Assembly: GCA_004431415.1 (NCBI GenBank)
Contig: QPMI01000510.1
Span: 62,001-126,000 of the forward strand
DNA: 64,000 nucleotides
Direction: 5' to 3'
From: Cyanophora paradoxa CCMP329
Taxonomy: Eukaryota > Plantae > Glaucophyta
The notes under the pieces were generated by a model. That model was given only the letters and a program-made list of their open reading frames with translations. It had not been told where the DNA came from and ran no database searches. The first letter of the stretch is position 1. Every line of letters starts with the position of its first letter. This document shows, in pieces, positions 60,020 to 64,000 of this stretch. A program made the position numbers and the translations under genes.

Positions 60020-62388
60020 ATGGACGGGGGTGGCGGATTCGGAGGGATTTTCGCCGGTCTCACCGAAGATCTTGCACCTGCGGCACCATCCGGTCGCCGT
60101 GCGCACGCTATAGCTCTTGCGCGCACGCGCAGTTCGTGTCCTTGCGAGTGAGTCGAGGTGACTGACCTCTGGGAGCAGCATCGACTGCGGGCGCAAGGCC
60201 TTCTTCTGCCACCCCAAAGAGACCCCCTTCGCCCGGCCCGAAGCGCCCATCGTCCGCCGCCGCGTCGGTCGTGAGTCCATCTGGCACGGGCGACGTGGAT
60301 GATGATGGCGAGGACGCCGCGAGCCCCGCGCCGTCGTCCTTTCGTAGCCTTCGTCGGCTTCCATCGACGAGCCGCAGCGATGTCTTCAAGGACCTGAGGA
60401 GGTTGGTTGCGACAGCGCGCTGTTTCGTTCGTCATTCAGGGAGTCACACGCGGTCGCGCAGCGAGCAGCTGCACAACGCACAGATGGAGTTCGCGACTGT
60501 CCTGACAGATTTCGCATCGGGTGTGGTCGGGCACAACGACCTCGCCTCGGCTCTGTACCGGGCCCTCGACAGTGCGCCCGCGTGATCGCTCGCCCGGCCC
60601 GCCCGCGGCAGCTGACCGGCGATCGCAGTTGCGCGGGAGGCGATGCTGTGCGATCTCGCCGTGATCTCCCCGCAGCCGGCGGCCGGCGATGCGCTGCGCG
60701 AGCCGCTCATCTCCGGCGGGTCGAGCCTCCGCTCCGGCGCGGCGGAGGCGCTCGTGGCTGTGGCCGGCCTCTCGAGCGCGCCGCACGTGGTCCAGGCCCT
60801 GGAATCGCTCGCGCCGGTCGCCATGGACGACGCCACCGCCGTCGACGCGAGCCCCGCGCCCGGCGTCTCCATCGTCGCCAGCTTCAAGTGCGGCTGCCGC
60901 GCGCCGCCCCTCCGCGCCCTCTGACCCCGCCCTCTGCAGCGTCGCGTTCGTCAAGAGCCTCCTGTGCGTCCCCGTCGTGTGCGGCCCGGAGCGCTCCGTC
61001 GCCGCCCTCGTCACCTTCTTCTCCGTCGCCAAGCGCTCCTGGTGCCCTCCTCCCGCCCCCCCTCTGCCCCCTCAGCTCCGCTCACGCCGCGCCGCAGGCA
61101 CCAGCTCGAGGTGCAGTTCGGCGAGCACTTCGGGCGGCTGGCCGCCCCGTGCTACGGTCCGCCCCGCGCCGCCCCCCGCGCCGCCCCCGCGGCTCACCCG
61201 GGCTTCGCTGGCAGTGCGTGTGGTGCTGGAGAAGGAGAACAGCATCCGGCGGGCGCGGCGGGCGTCGCTCTCGGCGGGGTCGGCGCACAAGGAGCCGGAG
61301 TCGCCGGGCTCGGAGGGCGCCTCGAAGAAGCGGGACCGCGACGTCATGGAGTCCGCCCCCGGCCTCGAGCTCCGCCGCGCCAAGGCCGCCGCCGAGAAGG
61401 CCTCCAGCGCCAAGGTCCGACGGGCCCGCACCCCCCTCGCCCGGCCCTGAGCTCCCGCGCGCCCCTCCCCCTCGGCCCCCCGCAGTCCGCGTTCCTGGCG
61501 CACATGTCCCACGAGATGCGGTGCGCGCGGCGCCCCTCCCCTCGAGCAGACGCCCCTCGGCGCCGGCGCCGGTTGGCCTCTCACGCGGGGCCGCGCAGGA
61601 CGCCGCTGACGGCGATCCTGGCCGTCTCGTCCCTCCTCCTCGAGAAGAAGGATCGCTTCACCAAGTGCGCCCGCCACGCCCCGCTCCGCCCTCCCCCGGC
61701 TCGCCCCCACTCGCCTTCCCCCGGCCCCTGACGCGCGCCCTGCCCCGCCGGCAGCGAGGAGGCGGACTTCTTGAGCACGATCCTGCACTCGGGCGAGCAG
61801 CTCCTCGCCTTCGTCACCAACGTCCTCGAGTTCTCCGTCCGCCCCCACCCCCGCCCCGCCCCGCCCCGCCCCGCCCGAGCTCGCCACTAGAAGAGAGCAA
61901 TCTCGGCCCCGTCCAACCTGGCCCCGCCTGACTTGGGGGCGCCCCGCAGCGGATCGAGGCGGGGCACCTGGAGCTGGACCCCGTCAAGTTCGACCTCCGC
62001 GAGTCCCTCGACTCGGTGCGCCCCCCCCTCGAGCGAGCCCCGGCGCCAGGGCGCGGGGCCGAGCCTCCTCCTCCTCGCGCTCGCGGCAGGTTCTGTCGAT
62101 GATCGCGCCGAAGTGCCACCGGGACGTGGACTGCGTGTACATCCTCGGGGCGGACGTCCCGTGCGAGCTCCGCGGCGACGAGACCCGCCTCCGCCAGGTC
62201 CTCCTCAACTTCCTCAGGTGCCCCGCCCCGCCCCGCCCCGCCCCGCCCCGCCCCGCCCCGCCGGGGGCGTGCGGGGCTGACGCGCGCCCCGCGCAGCAAC
62301 GGGCTCAAGTTCAGCGAGCAGGGCGAGGTCGTCCTGCGCGTCCAGGTGCACCCCCCCTCCCCCACCCCCCACCCCACCCCCCCACCCC

Positions 62389-62428
<40 letters not shown>

Positions 62429-63399
62429 GCCCCAACCCCCTCCCCCTCCCCTCTCTACCCCGTCCATCACCTGCCCCCTCCCGACCCTGCTCGCACCTTG
62501 TACCCCCTGCTCTCGCCGCCTGCCGCCGCCGCCTAGCCGCCGCTACGCCCGGGGGACCTGGGGCAGGGTTGACGGGCGGGGCGGGGCAGACGGTGCGGAG
62601 CGACGTGGCCACAGTCGAGCTCCACTTCTCCATCAAGGACGGTGCGCCTGTGTCCCCGGCCCCACCCTCGACCCCTCGCCCCACCGGCCTCCGCCTTTCT
62701 AGAGAGGTCGCACCTGCATGCCCAGCGACCCCCGCCTCGCTCCAAGCCGGGACGTGGCCTTCAGCCCTTCCCCGCCCCACCGCGTACGCCGGGAGGGACC
62801 TCTGAGGCCCCCCCGCCCGCCCGGCCCTCTGCGCGCGCAGACGGCGTGGGGATCCCGGCGGAGAGCATCCCGGACCTCTTCCAGAGCTTCAGCCAGGTCG
62901 ACACCAGCCGCTCCCGCCGCCTCGGCGGCACCGGGTGAGACCCCCGCCCCGCCCCGCCCCGCCCCGCCCCGCTGCGCCCTGTTCGCGTGCCTCTGACTCG
63001 CATCGTTCTTCCCCCTCCTTCTCCTTTGTGCAGGCTCGGGCTCGCGCTGTGCAAGCTGCTGGTGGAGAAGATGGGGGGCAAGGTCTGGTGCGAGAGCCAG
63101 GTGGGGCTGGGGAGCACCTTCCACTTCACGATCCTCCTGGAGCACGCCCGCGCGCCCTACTCGGCCGTGCGCCACCTCGCTCCCTCGCGCGGCCGGCTCG
63201 GCCGCCTGCTCGCCTCGCCGGGGCTCGCGTGCCGGAGCCGACTGGCGGGCGCCCCGCAGATCTTCGGGGAGGAGCGGCCGCAGACGGCGCGGTCGCAGCC
63301 GGCGGCGACGCCGCACTCGCCGCGCAGCTTCCGCTCCGCCGTCCGCCCCGCCCTCCGCGAGAGCGGCCCCGGCAGCATCCTCATCGCCACCCGCGAGAA
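60020..63399 (+). CDS. Sensor histidine kinase (GAF-like + HisKA + HATPase), probably hybrid and continuing beyond the window
   Basis: GAF-like [10 protein letters not shown]-box [16 protein letters not shown]-box [25 protein letters not shown]1 DDGVGI, F-box [10 protein letters not shown]2 GGTGLGLALCK...GSTFHF. The last visible exon ends at a GT donor at 63400. Confidence 0.92.
62390..62427 (+). repeat. (CA)n microsatellite in a histidine kinase intron
   Basis: About 18 CA units after the exon ...VVLRVQ. Confidence 0.9.
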
Positions 63400-63462
63400 G
63401 TGCGCCCCGCCTTCTGCTGCGTTCTTCCGAGTATTAGCCTGGGGCCCAAAGACTTCTAAGCG

Positions 63463-64000
63463 GAGGCCCACGCTAGCGCACTTGGCTCCCTTTCTCCTCC
63501 GCATCTAAAACCCCGGCCGCTCTGATGAGCAAAACTCACATTCTTATCTACATTGCATGAGGCCCCCGCGGCCGCTGACTACCTTCTGCAATCCTGAGGC
63601 CCACGCTAGCGCATATAGTTCACTTTCTCCTCCGCATCTAGAACATCGGCCGCTCTGATGAGCAAAACTCACATTCTTATCTACATTGCATGAGGCCCCC
63701 GCGGCCGCTGACTACCTTCTGCAATCCTGAGGCCCACGCTAGCCCATAACTCCCTTACTCCTCCGTATCTAGAACCTCGGCCGCTCTGATGAGCAAAACT
63801 CACATTCTTATCTACATTGCATGAGGCCCCCGCGGCCGCTGACTACCTTCTGCAATCCTGAGGCCCACGCTAGCGCACTTAGTTCCCTTTCTCCTCCGTA
63901 TCTAGAACCTCGGCCGCGCTGATGAGCAAAACTCACATTCTTATCTACATTGCATGAGGCCCCCGCGGCCGCTGACTACCTTCTGCAATCCTGAGGCCCA
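63463..64000 (+). repeat. Tandem array, 131-133-bp unit, at least 4 copies, running off the window end
   Basis: GATGAGCAAAACTCAC recurs at 63524, 63657, 63788 and 63921. Confidence 0.97.

Noticed and set aside
140-63508. Very long Arg/Gly/Pro/Ala-rich six-frame ORFs (e.g. 7030-9003, 25689-27929, 29084-31234, 36163-38094)
   Set aside because: These are stop-poor artefacts of extreme GC content, antisense or out of frame to recognisable spliced genes.
63522-63560. Hammerhead ribozyme in the tandem unit (CUGAUGAG core)
   Set aside because: The required GAAA after stem II is absent; TGAG-caaaa-CTCA simply forms a hairpin, and no stem III/NUH arrangement is visible.
63463-64000. CRISPR-like repeat-spacer array
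   Set aside because: The linkers are variants of one sequence rather than unique spacers, the conserved part is ~90 nt, there are no cas genes, and the context is eukaryotic.

Overview
This is a gene-dense, very GC-rich eukaryotic nuclear segment with many short introns, so the long six-frame ORFs are mostly spurious and the genes had to be rebuilt from exon fragments (boundaries are approximate). Two plastid-targeted proteins have Phe-containing N-terminal transit peptides and no signal peptide. With the high intron density, this suggests a primary-plastid alga such as a glaucophyte (inference). About 22 host genes are recognisable, mostly in head-to-head pairs. They include a cyclic-nucleotide phosphodiesterase, two F-box proteins, two EF-hand proteins, a pyridoxal reductase-like AKR, a cyanobacterial-type GST, a large Cys-repeat membrane protein, a Kelch protein, cullin-3, a type I PRMT, a DUF676 lipase, SRP receptor beta, plastid uL15, a bacterial-like MBL hydrolase and a sensor histidine kinase. 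The main accessory feature is a 5.6-kb Ginger2/TDD-like DNA transposon (15596-21212) with 145-bp TIRs (1 mismatch), TGT...ACA ends and a 5-bp GCCAG TSD. Its integrase gene keeps the HHCC finger and the Cys-rich tail but lacks the DDE core. It also carries a convergent cargo gene of unknown function, and clusters of the TIR motif (TT)GGGCACG occur in several of its introns and in its central spacer. The window ends in a ~132-bp tandem array with an invariant core carrying box C/D-like motifs and a variable linker.
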